Below are positions 47,112-57,885 of a stretch of DNA of 64,000 bases, piece after piece; position 1 is the first letter of the stretch, and the number at the start of each line of letters is the position of its first letter. The DNA comes from an archaeon (GTDB lineage: Archaea > Nanobdellota > Nanobdellia > Pacearchaeales > GW2011-AR1), in contig JBDROH010000022.1 of NCBI GenBank assembly GCA_043810285.1, forward strand, positions 8,484 through 72,483, in the 5' to 3' direction. The position numbers and the translations under genes are program-made. The notes beneath the pieces were generated by a model, which saw nothing but the letters and a program-made list of their open reading frames with translations, had not been told where the DNA came from and ran no database searches.

Positions 47112-47918
47112 ATGATTGTCAAGGAAGAATTTTTAAGCAGGCTGAGAAAAATATTTGATCTTAATTTATATGAAGTAAAAGTTTGGACAGCACTTCTATC
47201 TCGAGGAACTTCCACTGCAGGAGAGCTCTCTTCAATTTCTGATGTACCCCGTTCTAGAACATATGATATCCTCGAATCCCTTGAAAAGAAAGGATTTATT
47301 GTAATGAAACTTGGTAAACCAATCAAATTCGTTGCACTAAAACCTGAAGAAGTAATTGAACGAGTAAAAAAGAACCTCGTGGTTACTGCAAGAGAAAAAT
47401 CACAAAGATTAGAAAAACTAAAAAGTGAAGATATTCTTGAGGAACTAACAGGTATATTTTCTGAGGGTATTAAATATGTTGAATCAACAGACTTATCTGG
47501 AGCCTTAAAAGGAAGACAAAATATTTACAATCATCTTGATATGTTGATAAGAGAAGCACAAAAGACTATTATACTTGTAACAACTGCAGATGGTTTAAGC
47601 AGAAAGTTAGAAATTCTTTTACCAAGTTTAGAAAAAGCAAAAAAACGAGGAGTTACAATAAGAATCTCCGCACCGATAAATGCGGAAAATAAACAAGTTG
47701 CAAAAGATTTTTCAAAAGTTGCCGAAGTTAAGGATATGGGAGCTCTTCGAGCAAGATTTATGGTAATTGATGGTGAGCAATTAATGTTTATGCTTCTAAA
47801 TGATGAAGAGGTTCATCCAAATTATGATGTTGGAGTTTGGCTAAACACAGAATTCTTCGCTCAAGCCTTGGAACAATTATTTGAAATAGCTTGGAACAAT
47901 TTTAAAGCGATTAAATAA
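47112..47918 (+). CDS. TrmB-family transcriptional regulator
   Basis: N-terminal winged HTH LYEVKVWTALLSRGTSTAGELSSISDVPRSRTYDILESLEKKGFI, typical of TrmB. Confidence 0.7.
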   Translation: MIVKEEFLSRLRKIFDLNLYEVKVWTALLSRGTSTAGELSSISDVPRSRTYDILESLEKKGFIVMKLGKPIKFVALKPEEVIERVKKNLVVTAREKSQRLEKLKSEDILEELTGIFSEGIKYVESTDLSGALKGRQNIYNHLDMLIREAQKTIILVTTADGLSRKLEILLPSLEKAKKRGVTIRISAPINAENKQVAKDFSKVAEVKDMGALRARFMVIDGEQLMFMLLNDEEVHPNYDVGVWLNTEFFAQALEQLFEIAWNNFKAIK

Positions 47919-47933
47919 TTCTAAATTGGCTCA

Positions 47934-48500
47934 TTAAGAAAAACCTTCAATCAACTTAGCTTCCCTAAACAAACCAAGTGCCTTATATGTCGAGAGCAAT
48001 TTCTGTTTTATCTCTGATTTCTCAACTTCCTCTAAATCCATCTTAATCAATCGCTCATAAAATTTCGCCGCATGTGCTTTCTTTCCCTTACGTTCCAATT
48101 CATGTGCAGAGATAAGATAAACATTTTTTCGAGCCAACTTTACCTTCATTCTCTGCTCAACATTCGCATCACGTCCTGCCCGAACAAACATATCATCAGC
48201 GTCGTCAACTTTGCCAACCCTCGAAAACAACTCCGCCGCAGTTATATAACTATCAATCTTATCTCTAAACGAAATCTCCATCCCAGCTTTATTCGCCATC
48301 GCTTTCGCTGACTTTTCAAACATTCCTCGCTCTTCATACAACCCCGCTAACTCCTTCCATAAAAATCGCTTAATCTCAAAACTAAAACTCGTAGCCTTCA
48401 ACACCGACTCCAAATAATTAATCTTATTCAACGCCGTGTCCATCTCCGCCAACCTACCTTCAATCTCCTCAACCGTCCTCTCACGCACTTGAATTACCAT
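47934..48500 (-). CDS. Hypothetical alpha-helical (TPR-like) protein
   Basis: 188-aa helical ORF occupying the position where rps10 is expected downstream of tuf. Confidence 0.4.
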   Translation of the reverse strand: MVIQVRERTVEEIEGRLAEMDTALNKINYLESVLKATSFSFEIKRFLWKELAGLYEERGMFEKSAKAMANKAGMEISFRDKIDSYITAAELFSRVGKVDDADDMFVRAGRDANVEQRMKVKLARKNVYLISAHELERKGKKAHAAKFYERLIKMDLEEVEKSEIKQKLLSTYKALGLFREAKLIEGFS

Positions 48501-48586
48501 AAGAGGAAAAACTATAAGGAGTTTTTAAGAATTTATGTGTTTCATTTAACCCAAATAACTAATAAAAAAGTCTTAACCCTTGGAAG

Positions 48587-48611
48587 GAAATCCTCCAAGG
48601 GATATATTACA
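48587..48611 (-). terminator. Hairpin (CCCTTGGA-N9-TCCAAGGG) followed by a T-tract on the minus strand, downstream of tuf
   Basis: Perfect 8-bp inverted repeat 29 nt after the EF-1alpha stop codon, with a TTTTTATT run following on the transcribed strand. Confidence 0.5.
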
Positions 48612-48639
48612 AAAAAATAAAAAAGAGGTCTAATCGACC

Positions 48640-49926
48640 TTAAAGTTTCTTTTCAACAAGAGACTTGCAAACACCTGCTGCGACTGTAACACCTGCGTCT
48701 CGGATAGCGAATCGAGCCATGTATGGATTATCTCCAACTGCCTCAAGTACTAAATTTCCGATCGGCTTGATTCTAACAATAGCAACGTCCCCATTCTTCA
48801 AAAAGTCTGGGTTTTCTTGTGCAACCTGTCCCGTAGCTGGATCCAACTTCGCTTTGATTTCTACAAATTGACATGGAACCTGAGCAGTATGAACATGGAA
48901 AACTGGTGTGTAGCCCTTAGCAATAACTGTCGGATGATTAATCACGGCAATCTGTGCTTCGAACTCTTCAACAATCTTCGCAGGATTAGCAGCATCACAA
49001 ATAACATCTCCTCGAGCAATATCTTTCTTAGCAACTCCTCTGATGCTTATACCGACATTATCTCCAGCTTCACCTTCTTTTAACTGTTCATGGTGAGCTT
49101 CAATACTTCGGACTTCGCCAGTTATTCCAGTTCCAGTTCGACCAGGTAATATAATAACCTTCTGACCTATTTTCATAATACCGGTTTCAATCTTTCCTAC
49201 AGGAACAGTACCGATACCAGTAATATCATAAACATCTTGAATAGGCATTCGCATTGGTAGACCAGTCGGCTTTTCTGGAGCAGGAAACTTATCAATCTGT
49301 TCCAAAATAGTAGGACCCTTATACCAAGGCATCTTATCTGACTTTTTAGCGATATTATCTCCCATCAAAGCAGAACCTGCTAAGAACGGAACCATATCAG
49401 GTTTGTAACCTGCTTGCTTGATAACTGCAGAAACTTCTTCCACAACTTTCTTGAATTTCTCTTCTGAATAATTAACAACATCCATTTTGTTTACCAAAAC
49501 AGCGAGCGACTTAACTCCCATAGTTCGAAGCAACCAAACGTGCTCCTTAGTCTGGGGTTGAACTCCACCATCGACAGAAACTGTCAAAAAAGCTGCATCT
49601 GCTTGCGAAGCACCAGTAATCATATTCTTAACGAAATCCTTGTGACCTGGAGCATCGATAATTGTAACTTCAAAATTCTTAGTCATAAGCTTTTTATAAG
49701 ACAAGTTAATAGTAACTCCTCTCTCTCGCTCTTCCTTCAAATTATCCATCACATAAGCAAATTCAAACCCTGCTTTACCATGCTTTGCTGCTTCTTCCTT
49801 GTGCTTTTTCATTTCCTGTTCGGAAACTCCACCACAATCATAAAAAAGTCTTCCAACTGTAGTAGACTTCCCGTGGTCAACGTGCCCAACGAAGACAACA
49901 TTCATTATTGGTTTTTCTTTAGCCAT
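48640..49926 (-). CDS. tuf: Translation elongation factor 1-alpha (aEF-1alpha)
   Basis: [18 protein letters not shown] and the full EF-Tu/EF-1alpha domain structure. 428 aa. Confidence 0.95.
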   Translation of the reverse strand: MAKEKPIMNVVFVGHVDHGKSTTVGRLFYDCGGVSEQEMKKHKEEAAKHGKAGFEFAYVMDNLKEERERGVTINLSYKKLMTKNFEVTIIDAPGHKDFVKNMITGASQADAAFLTVSVDGGVQPQTKEHVWLLRTMGVKSLAVLVNKMDVVNYSEEKFKKVVEEVSAVIKQAGYKPDMVPFLAGSALMGDNIAKKSDKMPWYKGPTILEQIDKFPAPEKPTGLPMRMPIQDVYDITGIGTVPVGKIETGIMKIGQKVIILPGRTGTGITGEVRSIEAHHEQLKEGEAGDNVGISIRGVAKKDIARGDVICDAANPAKIVEEFEAQIAVINHPTVIAKGYTPVFHVHTAQVPCQFVEIKAKLDPATGQVAQENPDFLKNGDVAIVRIKPIGNLVLEAVGDNPYMARFAIRDAGVTVAAGVCKSLVEKKL

Positions 49927-50004
49927 ATTTCTTAATTTTAATTTAGTTAATTTAATCTATCTTCCATCGAAGATATAATATGATATAAATTTTGGTTTAT
50001 AAGC

Positions 50005-52176
50005 CTATTGATTCTCAGCCAAACCTTTTCTACTCCTAATCTGCTTAATAACTTTCGCCTGAAACTGAGTTGGTAATTTCTTAAAAGTTTGACTAACCAA
50101 AGACGAAATACCTCGTCCCTCCGTCGCACTTCGTAAATCATTACTCCACCCTATCATCTCTTGAACAGGAAGTTCTGCTCTAATTGTAACTCCAGATTCA
50201 TCCTGCTGAACATCAACTAAAGTCCCTCTTTTTGTTGAAACCAAGGAAGTTACAGCACTCATAAATTCTATAGGTGCTTCAACCTGATGAACCTGAACTG
50301 GCTCAAAAATAGCTGGAGCCGCTTTTGCAAACGCTTCCTTAATCGCCTCTCGAACTGCCGGATAAACCTGTGCCGGTCCACGATGAATAGCATCCTCATG
50401 CAACTTCATATCAACAACTGAAATCTTCATTTTATGGCAAGGTTCTCGAGCCAATGGACCAGCGTCGACAACCTGTTCAAATGAATCTAAAAGTAACTCA
50501 ATAACCTCTCCAATTTGCACAATCCCTTTAGTTCTATCCAAAAAAATACAACCCTTATACACGTCTCGATATTGCTGAGCCTCATCCCGAGGGATACCCA
50601 ACCCAACTAAAGTTTCATCTAATGCCTTATCCTTCTTTTTAATTCGTCCAGTAGGCAATTTACCTTCAACAATAGCCTCGACAATCGCATCTTCTAGCGG
50701 TTCAACACTAATAAAAAAATCATTATGCTTATTCGGGGAACGTCCAATTGCGACATCACTCACTTTCATAACTGATTCCCTAAAGACTACAATAGGAGGA
50801 CCCATTTCAATATCAAGACCTTTCTCAGTTTTAATTCTGTTCTCAATAATTTCCAAATGCAACTCGCCCATTCCAGACATCAAAGATTCTCCAGTCTCTT
50901 CATTAATTTCAATCCTCAAAGAAGGATCTTCTTTCCCAACTCGTCTCAAAACTTCAATCAGCTTCGGTAAATCCGCGGTTCTTTTTGTACTGATAGATTT
51001 TGTAACAACAGGTTCAAATAAATGACTAATCGCCTCAAAAGGTTCAATAGGATTCCTTGAAACAGTTTCACCGACGACAACATTTCTCAAACCTACAATA
51101 CCCACAATATTTCCCGCAACAACTTCATCAATCTGAAATCTTTGAGCACCTTTGTAAATAGAAACCTGCTGAACTCGTACTTTCGTTCCAGCAATATTCA
51201 TATATAACTCATCCCCTTGTTTAATCGTCCCACTAAATAACCTACCACAAGCAACCTCTCCTGCATGAGGATCAACCACAATTTTAATCGGAACAAATGC
51301 CACTTCACCGTTAATATTACAGCTCATCAAATCTTTCGCAGCTTCGCTCTCTAAATCACCATGCCAAATCTTAGGAATCCTATATGCTTGAGCAGTTACA
51401 GGATCTGGATGATTATTAATAACCATATCCAAAACAACCTCGTGGAGAGGTGCTTTTTTCGCTAACTCCTTATATGTCTCTCCACCAGCTTCGGAAGCAT
51501 CAATAACTTCCTTAAAAGAAATCCCCTTCCTCTTCATATAAGGAATACTTAAAGCCCAATTATGAAAAGCCGAACCAAATGCAACAGAACCATCAGCAAC
51601 ATTAACTTGCCACTTCTGTTTGTATCCTTCTTCAGCAATCTGAGCAATCAACTTATTTACATCATTAATAATTTTGATAAACCTCTGTTGCATCTCTTCT
51701 GGAGTCAACTTAACTTCTCTAATCAAACGGTCAACCTTATTAATAAAAAGAATTGGTTTAACCCTCTCTTTCAAAGCCTGTCGAAGGACAGTCTCAGTCT
51801 GAGGCATAATACCTTCAGAAGCACAGCACAAAACAATCGCTCCGTCAACCGCCCTCATAGCTCGAGTAACATCACCACCAAAATCAACATGTCCAGGCGT
51901 TTCAATCAAATTAATTAAATAATCTTTTCCGTCAACACTATGAATCATCGACACTGAAGCTGAATCAATAGTAATACCTCTTTCAGTTTCATCATCATGA
52001 AAATCTAAAGTTCTAGCCTTCCCAGCCAAAGCATGACTCATCATTCCTGCACCTGCTAGGAGATTATCTGAAAAAGTCGTCTTTCCATGGTCAATATGTG
52101 CCGCAATCGCAATATTACGAATATATTTAGGAGTTTTCTGCAATTCCTTAATTCGTGTATTTATATCGGGCGCCAT
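50005..52176 (-). CDS. fusA: Translation elongation factor 2 (aEF-2)
   Basis: AHIDHGKTT G-domain and the diphthamide-region DAIHRGPAQVYPA. 723 aa. Confidence 0.95.
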   Translation of the reverse strand: MAPDINTRIKELQKTPKYIRNIAIAAHIDHGKTTFSDNLLAGAGMMSHALAGKARTLDFHDDETERGITIDSASVSMIHSVDGKDYLINLIETPGHVDFGGDVTRAMRAVDGAIVLCCASEGIMPQTETVLRQALKERVKPILFINKVDRLIREVKLTPEEMQQRFIKIINDVNKLIAQIAEEGYKQKWQVNVADGSVAFGSAFHNWALSIPYMKRKGISFKEVIDASEAGGETYKELAKKAPLHEVVLDMVINNHPDPVTAQAYRIPKIWHGDLESEAAKDLMSCNINGEVAFVPIKIVVDPHAGEVACGRLFSGTIKQGDELYMNIAGTKVRVQQVSIYKGAQRFQIDEVVAGNIVGIVGLRNVVVGETVSRNPIEPFEAISHLFEPVVTKSISTKRTADLPKLIEVLRRVGKEDPSLRIEINEETGESLMSGMGELHLEIIENRIKTEKGLDIEMGPPIVVFRESVMKVSDVAIGRSPNKHNDFFISVEPLEDAIVEAIVEGKLPTGRIKKKDKALDETLVGLGIPRDEAQQYRDVYKGCIFLDRTKGIVQIGEVIELLLDSFEQVVDAGPLAREPCHKMKISVVDMKLHEDAIHRGPAQVYPAVREAIKEAFAKAAPAIFEPVQVHQVEAPIEFMSAVTSLVSTKRGTLVDVQQDESGVTIRAELPVQEMIGWSNDLRSATEGRGISSLVSQTFKKLPTQFQAKVIKQIRSRKGLAENQ

Positions 52177-52322
52177 ATAATAATCGATTGAAAATTCAGT
52201 TTATAAAAGTTTGCATACTAAAAGATAAAATCACCGACGACGATTGAATAAACTTCTCTCCAAAATTCAAATTAAAGATTACCTCACCAACATATATCTC
52301 AAAGTATTCTTTTGATTGCCGA

Positions 52323-52577
52323 TTACCTTCCCCTTATATAAATCCAAAATCCAATAATCGCCAAGATGAAAAAAATCACCCCTAACAAATTCGTATCATT
52401 CGTAGAAAAATTTGAAATTGCATTCCCAGTAATATTAGTAACCAAAAATATAAGGCTCAAAGCAAAGCTACCCATACTCAAAATCAAAGTCATCCTACGG
52501 CTAACATTTCTCTCACTGCCGTCGACAACTATAACCTCTGGATTAGGTTTTCTAGCTTTATCTTTTAATATCACCAT
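52323..52577 (-). CDS. Small membrane protein (hypothetical) between EF-2 and S7
   Basis: 84-aa ORF with two hydrophobic helices. Weak support. Confidence 0.25.
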   Translation of the reverse strand: MVILKDKARKPNPEVIVVDGSERNVSRRMTLILSMGSFALSLIFLVTNITGNAISNFSTNDTNLLGVIFFILAIIGFWIYIRGR

Positions 52578-52648
52578 CTAAATAGAACAAAAATCTCCTT
52601 TAAATATATTTTGTAAACAACATAATTAATAATCTTAGTAAATAAAAC

Positions 52649-53263
52649 TTACCTAGCAGCATCTGCTTGCTTTTCAGCATCATTCTTCTTAGAAACAGCA
52701 TAACTCTCCGAACTACCTTCCGCAGCCAACATTAATTCTTTAGCTAAAGATTCGACAATCGTTGCCTTCTTATTAAAGGCTTTATCATAAGACCCATTGA
52801 TTATATACCTAAGAACCAAGTTCAATCTTCTTCTAGGAGAAACATCAACAGCCTGAGGATACCGAGCACCACCATATTCAATTGCAGTTACCATATCCCT
52901 AGGAGCCCCGTTTTCAATCGCCTTAATTAAAATCTTCAGAGGATTTTCTCCAGTTTTCTCCTCAATAATCTTAAACGCATCGATAACAATTTTAGTACAC
53001 CGAACCTGCTTCCCAGTAATTCGTCCAGTAATAATTTTATGTTTCTTCCCTCGAGAACCAGGAACTTGCAATAAATTTATCAATCTCTCAACAACATTAA
53101 CCTTCGCCCTCGTCGGATCCCACTTAATTCTACCGTGAGATTTCAACATTAACTTAGCATTCAAATTAATAACTTTCTTTAAACCAGGGTCTTCAACACG
53201 AACTTCAGAACTATCAAACAAACCAAAAATTTTCATTTCCATCTTATCGTCTTCCTTTCTCAA
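52649..53263 (-). CDS. rps7: Ribosomal protein uS7
   Basis: The [16 protein letters not shown] motif and an archaeal S7 length. Confidence 0.9.
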   Translation of the reverse strand: MRKEDDKMEMKIFGLFDSSEVRVEDPGLKKVINLNAKLMLKSHGRIKWDPTRAKVNVVERLINLLQVPGSRGKKHKIITGRITGKQVRCTKIVIDAFKIIEEKTGENPLKILIKAIENGAPRDMVTAIEYGGARYPQAVDVSPRRRLNLVLRYIINGSYDKAFNKKATIVESLAKELMLAAEGSSESYAVSKKNDAEKQADAAR

Positions 53264-53666
53264 TCTTACCGGACCAAAGTCTAGCTAATGACTGATCATT
53301 TACTTTAATAACCTGAAACCGCACACCAGACAAATCTCCTTTCGTCCGTCCCTGTTTCCCACCAATTCGTTCAATCACAACCTCGTCATGCTCATCTACA
53401 AACTTCTGAGCCAAGTTCCCAGGAATAAAAGCCGTAACTTCCTTACCATTTTTAATCAACTGAACCCTGCAACATTTTCTCATAGCCGAGTTAGGCTGCT
53501 TCGCCTCTTTCTGAATCTTTTTAATGACAATACCTTTCGCTTGAGATGCTCGCCCAATAGGGTCAAACTTCAAACTAATTCCAAGTCGCTTTTTCTTCGC
53601 TGGCAACTTGTTATCTCTAAATTTCTTTCGAGATTTCTTCAATTTCAATGCATTCATCAATCCCAT
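53244..53666 (-). CDS. rps12: Ribosomal protein uS12
   Basis: [26 protein letters not shown] conserved core. Confidence 0.9.
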   Translation of the reverse strand: MGLMNALKLKKSRKKFRDNKLPAKKKRLGISLKFDPIGRASQAKGIVIKKIQKEAKQPNSAMRKCCRVQLIKNGKEVTAFIPGNLAQKFVDEHDEVVIERIGGKQGRTKGDLSGVRFQVIKVNDQSLARLWSGKIEKGRR

Positions 53667-53741
53667 AAGTTGATATCCTCTGCCTTCAATATTTTATATA
53701 CCATTGTATAAATTAAGTGAAAATTCCTTTTATAAATTTAC

Positions 53742-54167
53742 CTACACAATTCGTAACTTAACAACATTAAAAAAATTTTTCAAAACCTCAGACAACTCCT
53801 TTTCTCTTTGACGATTTCGTCCAATCAAAGAAGCTTTACTCTGACGCCCTGCATTAATCACTACAGAATTTTCTTTTACCTCAATTTTATTAAATTCAAT
53901 AGGACTAATAACTGCCTCGACAAATTTTCCAATCTCATCATTATTGTTAATCATAGGCATAGCTACAACCCTGATTTTTCTTCTCAAGATACCATTAAGT
54001 TTCTTAACATTTATCCCATCTCTTCCAATTGCTCTTGAAACTTGTGTCTTAGGTACTGCAAAAATTATCTGATTATTATAAAAAAAACATTTTGTCGTCG
54101 AAACTTTTGTTACTCTAGCAAATAAATTAAGATATCTAATCAATTGCATATTAATAATTTCTGCCAT
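53742..54167 (-). CDS. nusA: Archaeal NusA-like KH-domain protein
   Basis: About 140 aa with two KH-like segments (VAVPKTQVSRAIGRDGINVKKL). Canonical position between L30e and S12. Confidence 0.75.
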   Translation of the reverse strand: MAEIINMQLIRYLNLFARVTKVSTTKCFFYNNQIIFAVPKTQVSRAIGRDGINVKKLNGILRRKIRVVAMPMINNNDEIGKFVEAVISPIEFNKIEVKENSVVINAGRQSKASLIGRNRQREKELSEVLKNFFNVVKLRIV

Positions 54168-54168
54168 C

Positions 54169-54468
54169 TTATTTTTTTTTATTTACAGAAGATAAATCTT
54201 TAGAAGCGATAGAAAAAACTTCGCATTCAAAGTCAAGATTTAGTTCCTTGGCTAAATCTTCTTTAGATTTCAAAACAATAAATTCGACTCCTGCGGAATC
54301 CAGTTTTTCAACAGTTTCATCTCGAGCATCTTTACTAATAAAAACATTAGATAATTTGACCCCCTTCGATTTGGGGTCTGCCGAGTGGCCAGCATGTTTC
54401 AAGGCCTGTCGAATCCCAAAGTAAACCTTTCCTTGTTCTATCGCTTCATTAATTTCCTTTACTGACAT
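54169..54468 (-). CDS. rpl30e: Ribosomal protein eL30 (L7Ae/L30e fold)
   Basis: 99 aa with the GKVYFGIRQALK N-terminal region. Canonical position after rpoA. Confidence 0.75.
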   Translation of the reverse strand: MSVKEINEAIEQGKVYFGIRQALKHAGHSADPKSKGVKLSNVFISKDARDETVEKLDSAGVEFIVLKSKEDLAKELNLDFECEVFSIASKDLSSVNKKK

Positions 54469-57400
54469 TTTTTTTAACTCCCTTCGATTTTTCCCGTTCC
54501 GCTAAAGAACCTGTAACTTTAACCAATAAACCTGGAAGACCTGTTCCAACAGGAACTGGTTGGTTTAATATAATATTCTCGATTACCGACGCTAGCCTAT
54601 CCCTCTTACCTGTCTTTGTTGCCTGGACAAATTGAGGAACTGGAGTTTCAAATGAGGCTCTTGCTAAAATCGAACTCTTATCCGAAATAATACCCATTCG
54701 AGTAATACCCTTAACCACTCCAGAAGCAGTCATTGTATCTGCAACCAACATAGCATGTTTCCAGTCAATTGCAAGACCTTGGGAGGTAACAACTTTTTGA
54801 ATCTCATTAATTATCGCCTGTCGTGCAGCCTCGATACCAATAGTATTAGCAATCTCATGAATGTCATTAGTAACAACCTTGTCACTATCAACGCCTTTGA
54901 ACTTCAAAATTTCTTTCAAGTTTGAACCTGCAGTCAAAATAACATAGTCCCTCTCTCGCTTAACAACTAATACTTGAGAAATACCTTTAATACCTGTCAA
55001 GATAACTTCCTTAAGTTTTTCTTTAGTTTTATAAATCATCTTGAAATCTTCTTTAGCCATATCAAGCACAAAACCATCTGAGGATTTTTTCGCACTAAAG
55101 CCTTTTTCATTCAAAACCTTAAGAGCACTATCAATATTGATATGTGCCGCCTTCAATCCAGTTGAATCAACACCAATCTTAATTTTCTTCGAACCAAAAT
55201 CAATAGCAATATCAGAAATAATTTCCTTCAACTTAACCTCTTTAATCTTCTCCGCAATAACTCTTGCGTCCTTCTCATTATTATGCTCTTTATCTAAATA
55301 GATTTCCATCGAAGGAGTTTTAGGTAATTTTCTCGCATCTAAAATTTCAACAAGTCTCGGAAGACCTTGGGTAACCTGCATTTCCGCTACACCCGCCGCA
55401 TGGAACACATTCAGAACCATCTGCGTCGACGCCTCTCCAAAAGACTGAGCAGTCACAACACCAATAGCCTCGCCAGGCGCAACCTTGCCACCAGTATGCT
55501 TAGCTGAAATATCAACACCATCAAGACCATAAATATATTGAACGATATTATTTGAAGCATCTCTTACAGTTCCATCATAAGCCACAACCAAATCCTGCAA
55601 AGCATTCGCTAAACGTCTAAATAAATAACCAGACTTAGGAGTTCTAAGTGCAACATCCATTAGACCATCTCTTCCAGTCATAGCACCAAAAAATAATTCA
55701 TCAGGTTCAAAACCTTTCATCAAAGAACTATAAATAAATCCGTGGGGTCTTGGCGACAAATCTCCTTTCTTGAAAAACGGTAAAGTTCTTTCAGTATAAC
55801 CAAAATCAATTCTACGCCCGTGAAGAACTTGCTGTCCAACCGAACAAGCAATCTGAGTAATATTCAACAAACTTCCCCCAGCTCCAGAGCTAATCATCTT
55901 ATTCGCTAAATTATCTTTAGGAAAACCAGCCTTAACAGCGTCACCAATATCAGTTCGAATCTCATTCAAAGCATGCAAAATCTTAGTTTCCCTCGTTTCC
56001 TCAGCACTCTTTCCAGGCAAACATTCAAGACTTTTATCGTAATAACTTTCTATAATCTTTTGGGTCTTAATTTCCGCAGCCTCGATAATTTTTTGAGTCT
56101 TCTTCTTAACTTCTTCAGGAACGTCAAGATCATCTGCAGAAAGAGTAAATCCCGTTCTCGACACAAAATTTGCTCCCAATGAAAAAACCTTTTTCAAAAG
56201 TTCAATAGTTCTCTCTCGACCAATCTTCTTATCTGCGATTCTCAGAACTGCACCGCTACCACTCTTAAATCCCTTAGGATCGATACTCTCATTTGCAATT
56301 TCCTTAGGAATAAGTTTCGCAAAAATATCTTTTCCAGAATTATTCTTATTCAAATTCCCCACCTCTACATTATTTTCGTACAACAACTGAGCCGCATCCT
56401 CTTTACTCAATTCGGATTCACCAAGAATGAAATTACCACTAACAGCGTCCTTAACACATCCAATAAAATTCATATTATTCTTAGGTGAAAATAGGTTCGC
56501 GTTGACATTCAACAAAATTTTTGCCTCAGCTCGAGCTTCTTCGGTTTGAGGAGCATGGATATTCATTTCATCACCATCAAAATCCGCACCATAAGGAGCA
56601 CAAACTGCTGGATGAATTCTGAACGTCCTTCCGGGAAGAACCTTTACTAAATGAGCCATAAGCGAAGCCCTATGCAAAGACGGATGTCGGTTAAATAAAA
56701 CAATATCTCCATCAACAAGATGTCGTTCAACAATATAACCTGGCTCAATTTCGTTCTGCAAATCTTCTCTCAAATCATCAGTAATTCGCTTCCTCTTTTC
56801 ATCAGGTCGAATAATATAATTAGCTCCAGGGTAACCCTTAGCCGCAATCAATTTTTTCATACGATTAATATTTCTAGAAGTAACTTTCTCAGCTACAGTC
56901 AAAACATTAGCAACAGTTAAGGGAATACCTACTTCATTCAACTTCAAATTAGGATCTGGAGAAATCACAGTTCTTGCAGAATAATTAACTCTCTTCCCCG
57001 CTAAATTCTTCCTAATTCTACCTTCCTTACCTTTAATTCTTTCAGTAATAGTCTTCAATGGCTGTCCACTTCTATGCCTTGCAGGAGGAATCTTAGCGAT
57101 AGAATTATCAAAAAATGTAGTAATATGATATTGCAATAAATCCCAAAGATCTTCGATAATAACTTCAGGCGCACCCGCATTCAAATTTTCCCAAAGCCTT
57201 TGATTAGACCGAATAATATCTGACAACTTATGAGTTAGGTCATCCTCTGATCTTTCACCAGTTTGTAACGTAATTGAAGGACGCACAGCGACGGAAGGAA
57301 CAAGTAACAGCGTCAATATAGCCCATTCAGGTCTTAAAGTTGCTGCATTAATTCCCAATACCTTCAAATCCTCGTCAGGAACATTAACTAATCTCTCACG

Positions 57401-57883
57401 AATCTCTGAAGGAAACAATCTCCTTCGCCCACTTCTAAAAGTGCATGGCTTCTCAAGCTTAACCCTTTCCTGAACAATACTACAATGAGGACATTTTTTC
57501 CCATCCTTTGCTTTTTTAATCCTATCAATTAAAGGTTTATTCAAATCTTTCTCATCTTTAATCAAAACTTTTCCACAAGCTTCACAAGTCGATCTTAAAA
57601 CCAAATCAATAATAGGCAGATATTTGATATGAACAATTGGTCGAGCTAACTCAATCATTCCAGGATGACCTAAACATTCTTTCAATCGCCCACCACAAGT
57701 CCTACACCTAACACCCGGGTCAATAGCACCAAGTCGCAAATCCATCAAACCACCGTCAACAGGATAACCATCCACATCATAAAGTTCAGGAGTTACAATT
57801 TTCGCAACAGATAATTTTTTAATCTGTTCAGGACTAACTAAATGAAAATTCATTCCACTAACTTGTTTCTTTACAGGTCTCAT
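54449..57883 (-). CDS. rpoA: DNA-directed RNA polymerase subunit A as a single fused A'/A'' polypeptide of 1144 aa
   Basis: Clamp/zipper Cys motifs, NRHPSLH, the active-site YGADFDGDEMN, bridge helix GRDGLMDVALRTPKSGYLFRRL, the trigger loop (normally in A'') GEAIGVVTAQSFGEASTQMVLNVFHAAG, and an A''-like C-terminus, all in one frame with no stop. Confidence 0.9.
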   Translation of the reverse strand: MRPVKKQVSGMNFHLVSPEQIKKLSVAKIVTPELYDVDGYPVDGGLMDLRLGAIDPGVRCRTCGGRLKECLGHPGMIELARPIVHIKYLPIIDLVLRSTCEACGKVLIKDEKDLNKPLIDRIKKAKDGKKCPHCSIVQERVKLEKPCTFRSGRRRLFPSEIRERLVNVPDEDLKVLGINAATLRPEWAILTLLLVPSVAVRPSITLQTGERSEDDLTHKLSDIIRSNQRLWENLNAGAPEVIIEDLWDLLQYHITTFFDNSIAKIPPARHRSGQPLKTITERIKGKEGRIRKNLAGKRVNYSARTVISPDPNLKLNEVGIPLTVANVLTVAEKVTSRNINRMKKLIAAKGYPGANYIIRPDEKRKRITDDLREDLQNEIEPGYIVERHLVDGDIVLFNRHPSLHRASLMAHLVKVLPGRTFRIHPAVCAPYGADFDGDEMNIHAPQTEEARAEAKILLNVNANLFSPKNNMNFIGCVKDAVSGNFILGESELSKEDAAQLLYENNVEVGNLNKNNSGKDIFAKLIPKEIANESIDPKGFKSGSGAVLRIADKKIGRERTIELLKKVFSLGANFVSRTGFTLSADDLDVPEEVKKKTQKIIEAAEIKTQKIIESYYDKSLECLPGKSAEETRETKILHALNEIRTDIGDAVKAGFPKDNLANKMISSGAGGSLLNITQIACSVGQQVLHGRRIDFGYTERTLPFFKKGDLSPRPHGFIYSSLMKGFEPDELFFGAMTGRDGLMDVALRTPKSGYLFRRLANALQDLVVAYDGTVRDASNNIVQYIYGLDGVDISAKHTGGKVAPGEAIGVVTAQSFGEASTQMVLNVFHAAGVAEMQVTQGLPRLVEILDARKLPKTPSMEIYLDKEHNNEKDARVIAEKIKEVKLKEIISDIAIDFGSKKIKIGVDSTGLKAAHINIDSALKVLNEKGFSAKKSSDGFVLDMAKEDFKMIYKTKEKLKEVILTGIKGISQVLVVKRERDYVILTAGSNLKEILKFKGVDSDKVVTNDIHEIANTIGIEAARQAIINEIQKVVTSQGLAIDWKHAMLVADTMTASGVVKGITRMGIISDKSSILARASFETPVPQFVQATKTGKRDRLASVIENIILNQPVPVGTGLPGLLVKVTGSLAEREKSKGVKKNVSKGN

Positions 57884-57885
57884 AA

